A DNA stretch of 64,000 nucleotides, taken from contig JANJXX010000001.1 in the NCBI GenBank assembly GCA_024720975.1, positions 63,408 to 127,407 of the forward strand, written 5' to 3'. Shown here piece after piece: positions 9,531 to 19,783 of the stretch. The DNA is from Thermoproteota archaeon (GTDB lineage: Archaea > Asgardarchaeota > Njordarchaeia > Njordarchaeales > Panguiarchaeaceae). The notes under the pieces are model-generated. The model searched no databases, was not told where the DNA came from, and saw only the letters and a list, made by a program, of their open reading frames with translations. Within the stretch, counting starts at the first letter, position 1. Every line of letters starts with the position of its first letter. The position numbers were made by a program, and so were the translations under genes.

Positions 9531-11216
9531 TTAACCTTGAGCCGCCAGTTTCATATTTCTAATGAATTCAGCTATTCTCCTTAAATATACCTTGTACTCC
9601 AGCTGATGCTTCATTATATAATTATAACTTAGTTCTGATTCTGCATGAAGCCGCCTAACAAACTCCGCTATCGTTTTAACGGCTCGAATAACCTTGAGAT
9701 CACGCTCATTTACCTTTGCATTAGTTGATAATAAGATTGCAAATTCCTTATCAATTGGATAGATCAAGAATTTCTCTGTGACTATGCTCCAAGCAAGAGG
9801 AAGATGTTCCCTTGAGAACCAACTTGCGGGGCGCAATAATTCCATATTCCTTATTAACGCAATTAACGATGGATAAATTTTATCGACTTCACTCATAGTG
9901 AATTCTTTTCTCTTGGTAAAATCGTGCATCCCCAGTAACACTCCACGTCCAAGTACTCCTACGCATTTAATGCGGAATGGAGCTCTACTAACTGGTTTAA
10001 TTCTTCTTGTTGTCGCACGAGCTGGTAGGTAGCCGATAAGTCCAGCTATCAAAGCTACGGCTAGTAATGGTATTATTGGAATATATCCCCTCTCAATGAT
10101 TATACCTGTAGTAATCACTGTAATCACTATTTCTACTGATACATTTTCCATGACAACATTTTCGCAGAAGGCTACTAGCCGCAGAACATACGAATCATTT
10201 TTCCAGGTCCCATTTGGTGCTGGTACGGAACCTATTAAACTCTCAGTCATCGTACTTCGTATAGTTAATGTTGCTACGTGAGCACTGGAGACAACATAAT
10301 TTGGACCATTTTTTTGATATACAAAGGCTACTATATCCACTACACGCTTATAGACTAGAGGATCCTCATTAGCTACTGCGAATTTGAAGATTAAATTGTC
10401 TTGCTGACTTCTTGGTTGAGAGATGACTTTTATGTCATATATACGAATCAGTGAGAATTGGAGGACTAAAGTCAAGTTTTGAGCAATGTATAACGTTTCC
10501 TCGGCTCTCTTTCTTCCGTTAAACCATGCTTCAATGCGATATTTACCTTCAACAACAAAAAATGTTATGTCATATCCATAGCCTCGATAGATGTAATTTT
10601 CTGTTCCATTGAATATTTGTACGACATTTATCTCACTATAAACAGAGGCACCATCTGGTTGACTAGTAATTACTCGAAGACTATAAGCTTTCCCGCTAAC
10701 GTAAATGTCTAATGTATACACTTGAGAGTAAGATATCGGATTCTGGGCAGCTGGCGGATAGGACTGCGCCGTCGCAATTATTGACAGAGAATACTTTCCT
10801 GCGATTGTTCTCGGTTTTACCGATATGTTAACAAAAGTCTCTACGACATCGTCTGGAGATAGGACAAAATTATTAGATGAAAACTCAACTGTTATGTTCG
10901 GATTAGGGGGTGTGACTTTGTACTTGAATTCAATGTAAGCAGACACATTACCCACATTTCGTGCAACTATACTATCCTTCATGTTATTTGTATAACCTGT
11001 CTCATTTGATACATTAATGATAACGATAGGTATCTTAAATTCAAACCTTACGCTGAATCCTCTTCCTTGTGTCTCCATTGTATCTAGAGTCGGCTTGGAC
11101 GACATTTGTGGAGGATAAGTCAGTAAAAACAATAGTAAAAGCAACGAGATCGCTTTGTGCAAGTTTACTCCCGTGAGACTTTCTTTTGTTCTTAAGTGCT
11201 GGTTAAAAAAGTTCAA
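9531..11216 (-). CDS. Single-pass membrane protein with beta-sandwich ectodomain and cytoplasmic domain (likely start TTG 11162)
   Basis: Signal-like N-terminus, beta-rich ectodomain with N-x-S/T sequons, TM helix IPIIPLLAVALIAGLIGYL, ~160-aa cytoplasmic tail. Confidence 0.75.
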   Translation of the reverse strand: MNFFNQHLRTKESLTGVNLHKAISLLLLLFLLTYPPQMSSKPTLDTMETQGRGFSVRFEFKIPIVIINVSNETGYTNNMKDSIVARNVGNVSAYIEFKYKVTPPNPNITVEFSSNNFVLSPDDVVETFVNISVKPRTIAGKYSLSIIATAQSYPPAAQNPISYSQVYTLDIYVSGKAYSLRVITSQPDGASVYSEINVVQIFNGTENYIYRGYGYDITFFVVEGKYRIEAWFNGRKRAEETLYIAQNLTLVLQFSLIRIYDIKVISQPRSQQDNLIFKFAVANEDPLVYKRVVDIVAFVYQKNGPNYVVSSAHVATLTIRSTMTESLIGSVPAPNGTWKNDSYVLRLVAFCENVVMENVSVEIVITVITTGIIIERGYIPIIPLLAVALIAGLIGYLPARATTRRIKPVSRAPFRIKCVGVLGRGVLLGMHDFTKRKEFTMSEVDKIYPSLIALIRNMELLRPASWFSREHLPLAWSIVTEKFLIYPIDKEFAILLSTNAKVNERDLKVIRAVKTIAEFVRRLHAESELSYNYIMKHQLEYKVYLRRIAEFIRNMKLAAQG

Positions 11217-11339
11217 AAGCTGTTAGCTCTAGATAAAATATTTCAAAAATGCTAGGTAATTATAATTTACTAAGATAAATGCTGTAAGACTCTGCCCTTC
11301 ACTATGAGAGAAATTAATTAGTATATTGGTGCATTTAAG

Positions 11340-11597
11340 ATGAACCCACGTAAAAAGAGAAAGGCGCGTATCACACCCGAGAGTGTAAAAGCAGCATTTG
11401 AAAGGTTAAATAAGAGATTAACAGAATTATCGCTCGAGGTTGCAGATATAGCTAAATTCGTTCAAGAGTCCGTAAGTTTATTCGCATCCGATGCTAGGTT
11501 TGTAGCAGATGAACTAGCGCTTCTAGCCGAACGCATAGGCGAATTGGAGAGAATGTTATTAGAAAAGAAGGAAGAAGAGCAGCCAACTACATCTTAG
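11340..11597 (+). CDS. Small coiled-coil protein with basic N-terminus
   Basis: GGTG SD; heptad Leu pattern; PRKKRKAR N-terminus. Confidence 0.7.
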   Translation: MNPRKKRKARITPESVKAAFERLNKRLTELSLEVADIAKFVQESVSLFASDARFVADELALLAERIGELERMLLEKKEEEQPTTS

Positions 11598-11632
11598 TTG
11601 TCGACGTCAGGCAGCCAACTGGATGATGATAA

Positions 11633-12235
11633 ATGAAAAAGCGACTCTGGTTGGGAAGGCATCTGATGCTGAAGAAATCATTTGTGGAAAAAATTTTAAG
11701 TGGTGATAAAACAACCACAATACGACTGGGGCGGATTGAAATTCGCTCTAGGGAATTTTATATACATTCTGGCGGAAAGATCGTAGCTGAGGCTCTTGTG
11801 GAAGATGTCATATATAAGCGTGTGAAGGATTTAACTGACGCTGATGCTAAAGCTGACGGATTCTCTTCCGTTGGCGAGCTTAAACAGGCATTAAGGAGGT
11901 TTTATCCAGAGTTAAAGGAGCACGACTGGGTCACAATTATAAAGTTTAGGTTACTACGGAGACTGGACCAAGAGGAAACCCGCGTTTATGGGGGCTTACC
12001 TGCATATGAAGTAGCAGAAATTGCACTTAAAAATTTAGAGAAGCTCCACCTAGGGAACGATGAGCTGAAAATTCTTGAAGCTATCGCCAGGACTAAAAGC
12101 ATAAGGGCCGCCTCTAGAGAGATTTTCGGGAGTCCCTTCCGGCGTAGGTTTATCAGGAGAACTCTTCACACTGTTGCAAAAAAGCTAGTTGAGGTTGGAC
12201 TTCTAAATAGAAAAGATCTTCAAGGACTATCATAA
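11633..12235 (+). CDS. ASCH domain protein with C-terminal HTH
   Basis: ILSGDKTTTIR, DAKADGF, C-terminal SIRAASREIFG. Confidence 0.85.
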   Translation: MKKRLWLGRHLMLKKSFVEKILSGDKTTTIRLGRIEIRSREFYIHSGGKIVAEALVEDVIYKRVKDLTDADAKADGFSSVGELKQALRRFYPELKEHDWVTIIKFRLLRRLDQEETRVYGGLPAYEVAEIALKNLEKLHLGNDELKILEAIARTKSIRAASREIFGSPFRRRFIRRTLHTVAKKLVEVGLLNRKDLQGLS

Positions 12236-12254
12236 CTAGCCCACATCGAGGAAA

Positions 12255-13334
12255 ATGTTGTGGTTCATAATAACCACTTGGCGCTGCAATTTGAATTGCA
12301 AATATTGCGGGAATGAACCGCGTCCCTATGGCGAGCCGAGTAGAATAAGTTATGATTTGCAAGAATTGAAGACTTTTATCTCGCAAGATCCTGAACCTAT
12401 AATAGCATTCTATGGAGGAGAGCCCCTGCTGTCGGCGGAAATCATTGAGTGGATTCTTGATAACATCCCAGCCAAGCATTATGTTCTGCAAACGAATGGT
12501 CTTTTAATTCGAAAGTTGCGTCCAAGTTATCTTAACAGGCTTGATACAATTCTTGTAAGTATCGATGGTAGGCAGAGTGTTACTGACTATTACAGGGGAA
12601 AGGGAGTATACAAAGCTGTTGTCTCCAACGTAAAGTACCTCAGAGAAATAGGCTATCGTGGTGATATAATTGCTCGAATGACGGTTTCTGGCAAGAGTGA
12701 CATTTATGCTGATGTTAGACATCTTATTGATCTTGGATTATTTGACCACATCCACTGGCAACTTGACGTATTCTTTGATGCTCCACCACATCAACGATAT
12801 GCTGATTTTCAATCCTGGCTTGAAAAATATGTAAGAGGATTGGACATGCTCATTAATTTCTGGTTGCAGGAATTAAGTAAGGGGCGCTTGATAGGTATTG
12901 TCCCCTTCCAGGGGTTACTTAAAATACTGGTCCTTGGAGACACACCAAAACCACCTTGTGGAGCTGGACAAAGTGCTTTTGCTATATCCACTTCAGGGAA
13001 AATCTTCGCGTGTCCAGTGAGTCCATCCGACGATTTTCTGGTTGGGCATATCAAGTGGTCAAAACCGGCCGATCTAGCAGGAAAGATGACTATAGGATCT
13101 CCATGCACAGAATGTGAATTCTACACAAGCTGCGGTGGGAGATGCCTATACGCTAAAACTACCATGCTCTGGGGTGAAGATCTATTCTTCAGAGTTTGTA
13201 GTGTTACAAAATATTTAATAAGTAGGCTAAGGGGGCTCATTCCACGCATTCAGGAGCTCGTTTCTAGTGGTGTAATATCCTGGGACAGCTTGCTCTATCC
13301 ACCTTTTAACAACACTACTGAGATAATCCCCTAA
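12255..13334 (+). CDS. Radical SAM/SPASM protein (AF0577/TIGR04084-like)
   Basis: CNLNCKYC, YGGEPL, SPASM cysteines, C-terminal EIIP. Confidence 0.88.
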   Translation: MLWFIITTWRCNLNCKYCGNEPRPYGEPSRISYDLQELKTFISQDPEPIIAFYGGEPLLSAEIIEWILDNIPAKHYVLQTNGLLIRKLRPSYLNRLDTILVSIDGRQSVTDYYRGKGVYKAVVSNVKYLREIGYRGDIIARMTVSGKSDIYADVRHLIDLGLFDHIHWQLDVFFDAPPHQRYADFQSWLEKYVRGLDMLINFWLQELSKGRLIGIVPFQGLLKILVLGDTPKPPCGAGQSAFAISTSGKIFACPVSPSDDFLVGHIKWSKPADLAGKMTIGSPCTECEFYTSCGGRCLYAKTTMLWGEDLFFRVCSVTKYLISRLRGLIPRIQELVSSGVISWDSLLYPPFNNTTEIIP

Positions 13335-13344
13335 AAAACTTGGG

Positions 13345-14631
13345 CTAAACTAAAGTTTTTCTTCTGGCGAGTCTGGGAAATGGAATGGACTCTCGAATAT
13401 GATCCAACTTGAGTAACCATGTGAGTGTCCTCTCTATTCCTAGACCGAAGCCACTGTGAGGAACGGATCCATACTTCCTGAGATCTAGATACCAGAAGTA
13501 GTCTTGAGGATTCCAGCCTTCTTTCTTTAGTCTGTCGATAAGAACATCTATGCGATCCTCACGTTCTCCCCCAGTTGTTATTTCTCCATAACCTTCAGGC
13601 GCCATCATATCAGCTGACTTGCATTTTTTCTCATCTCCTTCGTAGGCCTTTACATAGAATGCTTTTATCTGAGTTGGATATAAAGTTATAAAGAAAGGCG
13701 TATCGAGCTCACTACTAATAATCTGTTCTTCATCAGCCCCTAAGTCCTGGCCCCATTCTATCTGCACTCCTTTCGCCTGAAGCCTTTGTATCACCTCATC
13801 GTAGGTGAGCCGCGGGAAGGGTGTTCTTATGCCGTCTAGTATCTCCATGTTTCCCCTAAATTCTTTTATCCACTCATAGAACCTCTCATCCTCTAGAATT
13901 TTCCTTAAAGCATAAGCTAGCGACTCTTCTTCAACTACTAGTATATCTTCAAACCTGCACATAGCTGCTTCAGCTTCAAAGTGCCAAAACTCTGCGAGAT
14001 GTCTTCTTGTTCTCGATTTTTCAGCGCGAAAACTGGGAGTGAGGCTAAAGACTTTTCCAAGCGAATATATTAACACCTCTAGATATAATTGCGCTGATTG
14101 GGAGAGATATCCTTTTTGTCCAAAGTAATCAAGAGCAAAAAGCGTTGCTCCTCCCTCGCAAGCTGTAAATGTAAGTATTGGTGGGTAGACTTCCACCCAG
14201 CCATTCTTCTTATACCACTCTCTTAGATAATCTACAAAAGCCTCACGAATCAGCCACATTCTCTGATAACGAGGCGACCTTATTGTGAGATGTCGCACAT
14301 CAAGCAAAAATTCCGGTGAATGCCTCTTCTTTGCTAGGGGGTATGGCTTCTCTGCGGGATAATACGTCAAAAGCTTGTGAGCATGTAATTCAATGCCACC
14401 AGGCGCTCTAGGGTTGTTAACAAATTCGCCCTCTACTGATATGAAACTCTCCTGCCCGAGACTCTTTATCAGGTCAAAATCTTTCTGATTTATTGCTGCC
14501 GCATCAAAAACTATTTGAATAATCCTGCCAAGATAGTCTTTGCTGTTCTGCGGCCTCAAATCAACAAATAATTTTCTGCCAAATTCTCTCTTCCGGTATA
14601 TCCAACCAGATAATATTGCCATCATACACAC
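13345..14631 (-). CDS. asnS: Asparagine--tRNA ligase
   Basis: LSQSAQLYLE, FRAEKSRTRRHLAEF, APEGYGEI, PHSGFGLGIER. Confidence 0.93.
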   Translation of the reverse strand: MCMMAILSGWIYRKREFGRKLFVDLRPQNSKDYLGRIIQIVFDAAAINQKDFDLIKSLGQESFISVEGEFVNNPRAPGGIELHAHKLLTYYPAEKPYPLAKKRHSPEFLLDVRHLTIRSPRYQRMWLIREAFVDYLREWYKKNGWVEVYPPILTFTACEGGATLFALDYFGQKGYLSQSAQLYLEVLIYSLGKVFSLTPSFRAEKSRTRRHLAEFWHFEAEAAMCRFEDILVVEEESLAYALRKILEDERFYEWIKEFRGNMEILDGIRTPFPRLTYDEVIQRLQAKGVQIEWGQDLGADEEQIISSELDTPFFITLYPTQIKAFYVKAYEGDEKKCKSADMMAPEGYGEITTGGEREDRIDVLIDRLKKEGWNPQDYFWYLDLRKYGSVPHSGFGLGIERTLTWLLKLDHIRESIPFPRLARRKTLV

Positions 14632-14784
14632 CAGAAAGACTTAATTATAAATCCGTTGATTTATGAAAAAAGTAACGCATAATATAATATCGTTAAAGTG
14701 TTGATCCAATAGCCCCATGAGAACTTAATAAAATGAAAAAAAAGAAAGAGGAAGATAATACCTCACTTGTTTGCGATTAAAACT

Positions 14785-14982
14785 TTATACATGACGTGGT
14801 AGGAGTGTCTTCCTCTGCTCCATCTCAGCTCTCTTTATTGCTTTCTCAAGCAATTCTCGAACTGCTTTGTCAAAGGCAATTATGAACTCTCCACTTACTC
14901 TGAAGCCTTTCTCCTTAGCGATTGTCTTTATTCTTGTCTTGTAAATTGTTAGCTCTTCTTCTTTGGGTTTTTGAGCCTTCAT
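14785..14982 (-). CDS. Histone-fold protein, face-to-face (HTkC/DUF1931-like) type
   Basis: RVSGEF...LLEKAIKRAEMEQRKTLLPRHV; GGTGA SD places the start at ATG 14982 (65 aa). Confidence 0.85.
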   Translation of the reverse strand: MKAQKPKEEELTIYKTRIKTIAKEKGFRVSGEFIIAFDKAVRELLEKAIKRAEMEQRKTLLPRHV

Positions 14983-15398
14983 TATTCTCACCAAGATTAG
15001 TTATATAGGTTGCTTTCTGATAATAAATATCGCTTTATTATTTAGTATTTAAAACTTTCGATTTGAAATACGCGTTAATTAACGTGAAGTGTTCTATCAA
15101 TTATTAACAATAACTTTCGAAGTTGTAGAGCGTTTACATTGATTATAATCAATAAATTTTGGTTAATGGAATATTTATTCTTTCAAGAGATATGATATAG
15201 AAATCATCATGCGATCTTCAGAGAATTTTTGAACAATACACAGCTATGGACATTTTTTGTATAGAGGTCGTTGTTTATGCTATCCTTTAGTTACGGGCTA
15301 TAGATCTTTGATAAAAAGTCTTCTCCAAGTATTAAAAAAGCAGACTAAATTTTTAAAATCCTAGTGCTTACAGCCTCTGAGAAAACTTCTAGTTATAG

Positions 15399-17390
15399 TT
15401 AAGGGAAGTTTAAGAGCCAGTTTGCAACGGCGTATGATGCATATCCAAGGATTAAAGCTACTGTAAGACTTACTAATACGGCCTTTGCAGCAACTTTATA
15501 GCTTCCACTTTCAACCTTTATCGCAACCAATGTTGCTAGGCATGGTGTATAGTAGGCATAAATCGTTAGGAATGCCAACAGAGAAGCTAAGGAAATTGTT
15601 GACATAAATACATCATAACCCCCATATAGAAGACCTATCACACCAATCGTCACTTCTTTGGCAACAAATCCTGCGATTAATGAGACTACCTCCTTCCATC
15701 CAAGACCTATTGGTCGGAATACCACCGCTAATACATTGCCTGCTACCTCTAGCAGAGAGCCTGAATTCAACGGTATGTTGAGCAAGAGCCAAAACGCTAC
15801 ATTTGCAGCTGCTATAATGACACCAGCACGCTTGATGAAAATTAGAGATCTGTTCCATGTCATCTTTGCGATGACCTTCATTGACGGCAGCCGATATGGA
15901 GGAAGCTCTATTGGTGTCTCTATTCTAGCTTTTCCCTCGAACGTTTTAAGTATTCTAGAGACCAGCAGCGCTAGAATAAAGCCAAATGTTATGTACATGA
16001 TCAAGGCCGCACTCGCAATCAAGGGTGGAAAAGCAAGTCCTAATAATATTGCTAAAGTGATTTGTCTCGGTGGGCATTGCACAAACTGAGAGGTCACAAT
16101 TATTCTTAACCTTTCCTTGTAGGATGGAATTATCCTGGTCGTAACCACTCCAACAACATTACATGCCAAGCTTGATATCATTGGAAAAGAAGCTTTACCT
16201 GACATGTCAAACCTGGAGAATAATTTATCTAAGGCCAATGCCATCCTTGCTAGAAATCCTACGTTTTCAATAAGAGCAAAAACAAACGTGAAGATAAATA
16301 TCAATGGAATAAATGAAATGACTACCACCAAGCCACGTAGAACGCCATCAACTAGAAGCCCGCAGAGAAACTCATTGGCAGTAACTCTTAGCAGCAAGTC
16401 AGTAGCGAAAGCTAAGAGATACTCTCCTAGTATGTATCCGATATTTTCAGCAACTACTCCTCCTATATTAAAAGCTATGTAGAATCCCCCGAGGAGTATA
16501 GCTATGGATGCTAAGATGTCAAAACCCCTGCGAAGGATTATTTGATCCAGTTTTTCTGTGAACCTATCAGCTATGCTAACCTTCTTAAAAATCCGTAGCA
16601 GAATATTGTCTATCATCTTATACCTTATTGATGCCACGACAATGCTAGGATCCCTGCGATACCTCAAGCGAATGTCCTCAAGAACCTTAGTTACTTCAAT
16701 TTTCACATCTTCTGGTAGTGTTTTAGATACTTCCTCATAGTTTTCCATTAATTGCAATGCTAGAAAACGCGAAGGCAGCATTGTTTTTTCACTCATTAGT
16801 TCAACTAATCTTGAAATATACTCCTCGAGCTCACCATAGCTCAGCCTTCTAGACTTAGACGAGCTTTCAGTTAGAGCAATTGCAGCTTTTATTATATCCT
16901 TGACTCCTATACCTTTTATCGCTATTGTTCCAATGACTGGTATATTAATTATTCTTGAGAGCGCATCAAGATCAACTTTAATGCCCCATCTGTGTGCCTC
17001 GTCAAGCATATTTACAACTAGTATGACTTTATCTGTCAACTCTAAAGCTTGGAGGAGTGGGTATAAGTTTCTTGCTAATGCACTTACATCTGCAATCACT
17101 ACGATAACATCAGGCTTCTCTTCAACTATGAACCTTACGGCTACTTCCTCCTCCTCGGTGAATCCAGATAGTGAGTACGTCCCTGGTAAATCAACGAGTA
17201 TTACTTGCTTTGAATCCACTTTTATTTTAGACCATGCTATTTCTACAGTCTTTCCAGGCCAATTACCTATGCGTTGATGCGCCCCAGTGAGCCTATTATA
17301 AATTGTCGATTTTCCAACGTTAGGTTGACCTAATAATGCTATAACAACAGAGTTCTCCCGCTCTTCTGCAGGTATAATTTTACCAACCAC
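15399..17390 (-). CDS. feoB: Ferrous iron transporter B
   Basis: GQPNVGKS, GNWPGKTVE, DLPGTYSL, NMLD, gate domains, YTPC. Confidence 0.96.
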   Translation of the reverse strand: MVGKIIPAEERENSVVIALLGQPNVGKSTIYNRLTGAHQRIGNWPGKTVEIAWSKIKVDSKQVILVDLPGTYSLSGFTEEEEVAVRFIVEEKPDVIVVIADVSALARNLYPLLQALELTDKVILVVNMLDEAHRWGIKVDLDALSRIINIPVIGTIAIKGIGVKDIIKAAIALTESSSKSRRLSYGELEEYISRLVELMSEKTMLPSRFLALQLMENYEEVSKTLPEDVKIEVTKVLEDIRLRYRRDPSIVVASIRYKMIDNILLRIFKKVSIADRFTEKLDQIILRRGFDILASIAILLGGFYIAFNIGGVVAENIGYILGEYLLAFATDLLLRVTANEFLCGLLVDGVLRGLVVVISFIPLIFIFTFVFALIENVGFLARMALALDKLFSRFDMSGKASFPMISSLACNVVGVVTTRIIPSYKERLRIIVTSQFVQCPPRQITLAILLGLAFPPLIASAALIMYITFGFILALLVSRILKTFEGKARIETPIELPPYRLPSMKVIAKMTWNRSLIFIKRAGVIIAAANVAFWLLLNIPLNSGSLLEVAGNVLAVVFRPIGLGWKEVVSLIAGFVAKEVTIGVIGLLYGGYDVFMSTISLASLLAFLTIYAYYTPCLATLVAIKVESGSYKVAAKAVLVSLTVALILGYASYAVANWLLNFP

Positions 17391-17696
17391 TTACAATCGC
17401 CAAAAACTTCGTCTTCGCCTCCTATGCCGGTGCCGGATTCTATTTAGACTAAGACTCAGCGAAGTTGTAGAGATTTCCCTAACCAAAATCTTCTCAGCTA
17501 CCTCCTTAGGAAAACCAAAACGTCCTCTATAAGACTCAACTACAATATAACTACCACGGTTATTTATCAACACATAAACTCTCTCTCCTGGCACAAATCC
17601 AAGCTCAGCTAATCTTTTCATTAACTCAACGTTACCCTCAATATCCACAACTTCAACCCAAGACTTGGGATCTATTTCTGCCAGATTTCTATGCAT
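17391..17696 (-). CDS. feoA: Ferrous iron transport protein A
   Basis: KRLAELGFVPG motif; GGTGG SD before ATG 17696; abuts feoB. Confidence 0.9.
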   Translation of the reverse strand: MHRNLAEIDPKSWVEVVDIEGNVELMKRLAELGFVPGERVYVLINNRGSYIVVESYRGRFGFPKEVAEKILVREISTTSLSLSLNRIRHRHRRRRRSFWRL

Positions 17697-17888
17697 TTTC
17701 CCACCATAATATTTTCTATATATAAAAAATTTTAGGCCCATTATAAATAATTAGAAATGCCAAGGAAACATTTGTGTTGAGAAATTACAGCTTAATGCTA
17801 GCAGAGTGCGAGCGCGAAAATAGGATCTACTATAAGCAATACACAGAACGAATTAAAGCAAAAAAATATGATTACTTATAAATGCTCT

Positions 17889-18857
17889 CTATGAGAGCAG
17901 TCTGAGTGCTTCTATAATGGTTTTCTTAATACATATCTTCGGCGGAATGCCATGCGTTATTTCATACCAATCCTTGGCAAAGGTCTCTTCCAGTATTCGA
18001 ACTAACGAAGCTGCTGGTCTTTTGGTCTTTAGTGAATATGTTGCTCCATCAATGCATATGAACTCACCTTCTTCGCTCCCTATTTCTGCTATCATGGGTA
18101 TTGTCCTTAGCGTTGCTATCTCTGGATGTGTAATTAGCAATGCCTTCGCTATTGGTATTATTGCTACTTCCCTCTCGTATTTGGATGCTATAGCTCTAAG
18201 TTCTGTTGACTTTTCCTCTAGTTGCTTCTTTAAATCCTCTAACTCTCCAATTTTAGTCTTGAGGTTATCCTCCAACTCTTTTATCTTAGCCTTAAGATCG
18301 CTCGTATCAACTTCGTATTGCTGCTTAAGTAAGTCAAAGGATCTTCTGAGTTCCTCCAACTCAAGTCCGCGCTTATTAATAATTTCGTCTTTCTCACTTA
18401 TTAGCCTATCCTTTGCTAGTAGCTCAGCTTCGTAAGTTCTTTTAAGTTCCTCTAGCCTCCCGACTTTATCGTTCAGTTCATTAATTCTCGCTTCCTGTTC
18501 TCTTAACACCCTCTCCTTTTCCTCAAGATTTTTTATTAGCTCATTCCTTTCGGACTGCATACTGTTTAGAGCATCCTCAAGTTCCTTAACTCTGGATTCT
18601 AACTTGAATTTCTCGGATTCTAGCGCACCTAATTTAGCCTCAACATCTAACCTGGTGGCTTCAAACTTCTCCTTAAATCTTTCTAGAGCCATCTTCTGCT
18701 CTTTAATTGCATTCTCAACGTTTCTAAGTCTAGTAGCTACATCTTTTAGGCCCATATTCTCAAGCTGCGAAGACAAACCAGCCAAAATAGCTAGAAAGCT
18801 ATCAACATTTACTATTAAAACATCTAACTCATCAACCAAAGCACTATCAAATGACAA
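17889..18857 (-). CDS. Long coiled-coil protein with C-terminal globular domain
   Basis: About 200 aa of E/K/L heptads; GGTGA SD. Confidence 0.8.
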   Translation of the reverse strand: MSFDSALVDELDVLIVNVDSFLAILAGLSSQLENMGLKDVATRLRNVENAIKEQKMALERFKEKFEATRLDVEAKLGALESEKFKLESRVKELEDALNSMQSERNELIKNLEEKERVLREQEARINELNDKVGRLEELKRTYEAELLAKDRLISEKDEIINKRGLELEELRRSFDLLKQQYEVDTSDLKAKIKELEDNLKTKIGELEDLKKQLEEKSTELRAIASKYEREVAIIPIAKALLITHPEIATLRTIPMIAEIGSEEGEFICIDGATYSLKTKRPAASLVRILEETFAKDWYEITHGIPPKICIKKTIIEALRLLS

Positions 18858-18997
18858 ATTTTCTCACCAAAACTTATAAACCAGTGCAGTGAAATATATA
18901 ATTTTTTTAAAAAAGCAGTACCATCTGAACTTCCGAGAGGTAATAATAAAGTAAATAACGCCTCTATTTGAAACCAGCAAAGTGCGAAGTAGCTTTA

Positions 18998-19783
18998 CTA
19001 CAGTGAGCCCCAATCTTCTTCGAGCACTGAAATGCTATTTGCTATGAGCTTAGAAATCCTACGCATACTTTTAGTTTTTCTAATTGCGAATACAAAATCT
19101 TTTTCTCGATCTTTTTCTGCATTGACAACATCTAGAAATAACCTACTTATCACTACCTTCTCTTTTTTTGTATCGATAAGCACGAAGTCACCAATATAAC
19201 CGTAACCGCAGTTTATTGTGACCGACTTCATGCGTTTTTCGACTGCTAACACATGAGTATGTCCGCTGATCCAAAATTTCGGTTCACACAGGTCCATTAA
19301 TGTCAATAACTGTTCTAAACCACCACGCCCTCCTTTCGGTAGAAAATCTGCGCAATATCGAGGTGGTACGTGAGAAACAATTATATCGGCTTTAGTGCAA
19401 CTTTCCTGAATTTTAGATACTAGTCGTATTAGGTGTTTATCTTCGAAGTACAGAGGCGATACTTTTTCTTTTCCATAGATTCCACTGACTCCTAGTATTG
19501 TGAGCTCTTCTCCATCGATCTCTAAGTTCACCCAACCTTGCCTGATGTAGTGGACAAATCTTAGTTTCTTTGCGATTTTGCCTAGGCACAAATGACAGTC
19601 GTGATTTCCATGAATCATGACAACGTGCTTTTGAATTCGGCTAATTACCCGAAAGAACTCCAATGCCTTTAGCTCCAATATGTCGCCCGCTAGGACCATC
19701 ATGTCAAAGTTTACCATGTATAAGATGTCTCTAAGCGCATCGATATTGTCGTGAATATCGGAGATCGCAAGTATCCTTGCCAG
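18998..19783 (-). CDS. Calcineurin-like metallophosphoesterase (probable CTG start)
   Basis: Motif I (ILAISDIH) lies upstream of the ORF-track ATG; GD, GNHD, SHVPP and GHTH motifs follow. Confidence 0.88.
   Translation of the reverse strand: MARILAISDIHDNIDALRDILYMVNFDMMVLAGDILELKALEFFRVISRIQKHVVMIHGNHDCHLCLGKIAKKLRFVHYIRQGWVNLEIDGEELTILGVSGIYGKEKVSPLYFEDKHLIRLVSKIQESCTKADIIVSHVPPRYCADFLPKGGRGGLEQLLTLMDLCEPKFWISGHTHVLAVEKRMKSVTINCGYGYIGDFVLIDTKKEKVVISRLFLDVVNAEKDREKDFVFAIRKTKSMRRISKLIANSISVLEEDWGSL

Noticed and set aside
11343-11366. PRKKRK resembling an SV40-type NLS
   Set aside because: Short basic motifs arise by chance and have no such meaning in an archaeon.
15180-15245. Minus-strand CTGA...ATGATGA as a second C/D sRNA
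   Set aside because: Lacks a recognisable C box and a canonical terminal D box.
17728-17750. DtxR/IdeR-like operator upstream of feoA
   Set aside because: Only a TTAGG half-site with no matching inverted half.
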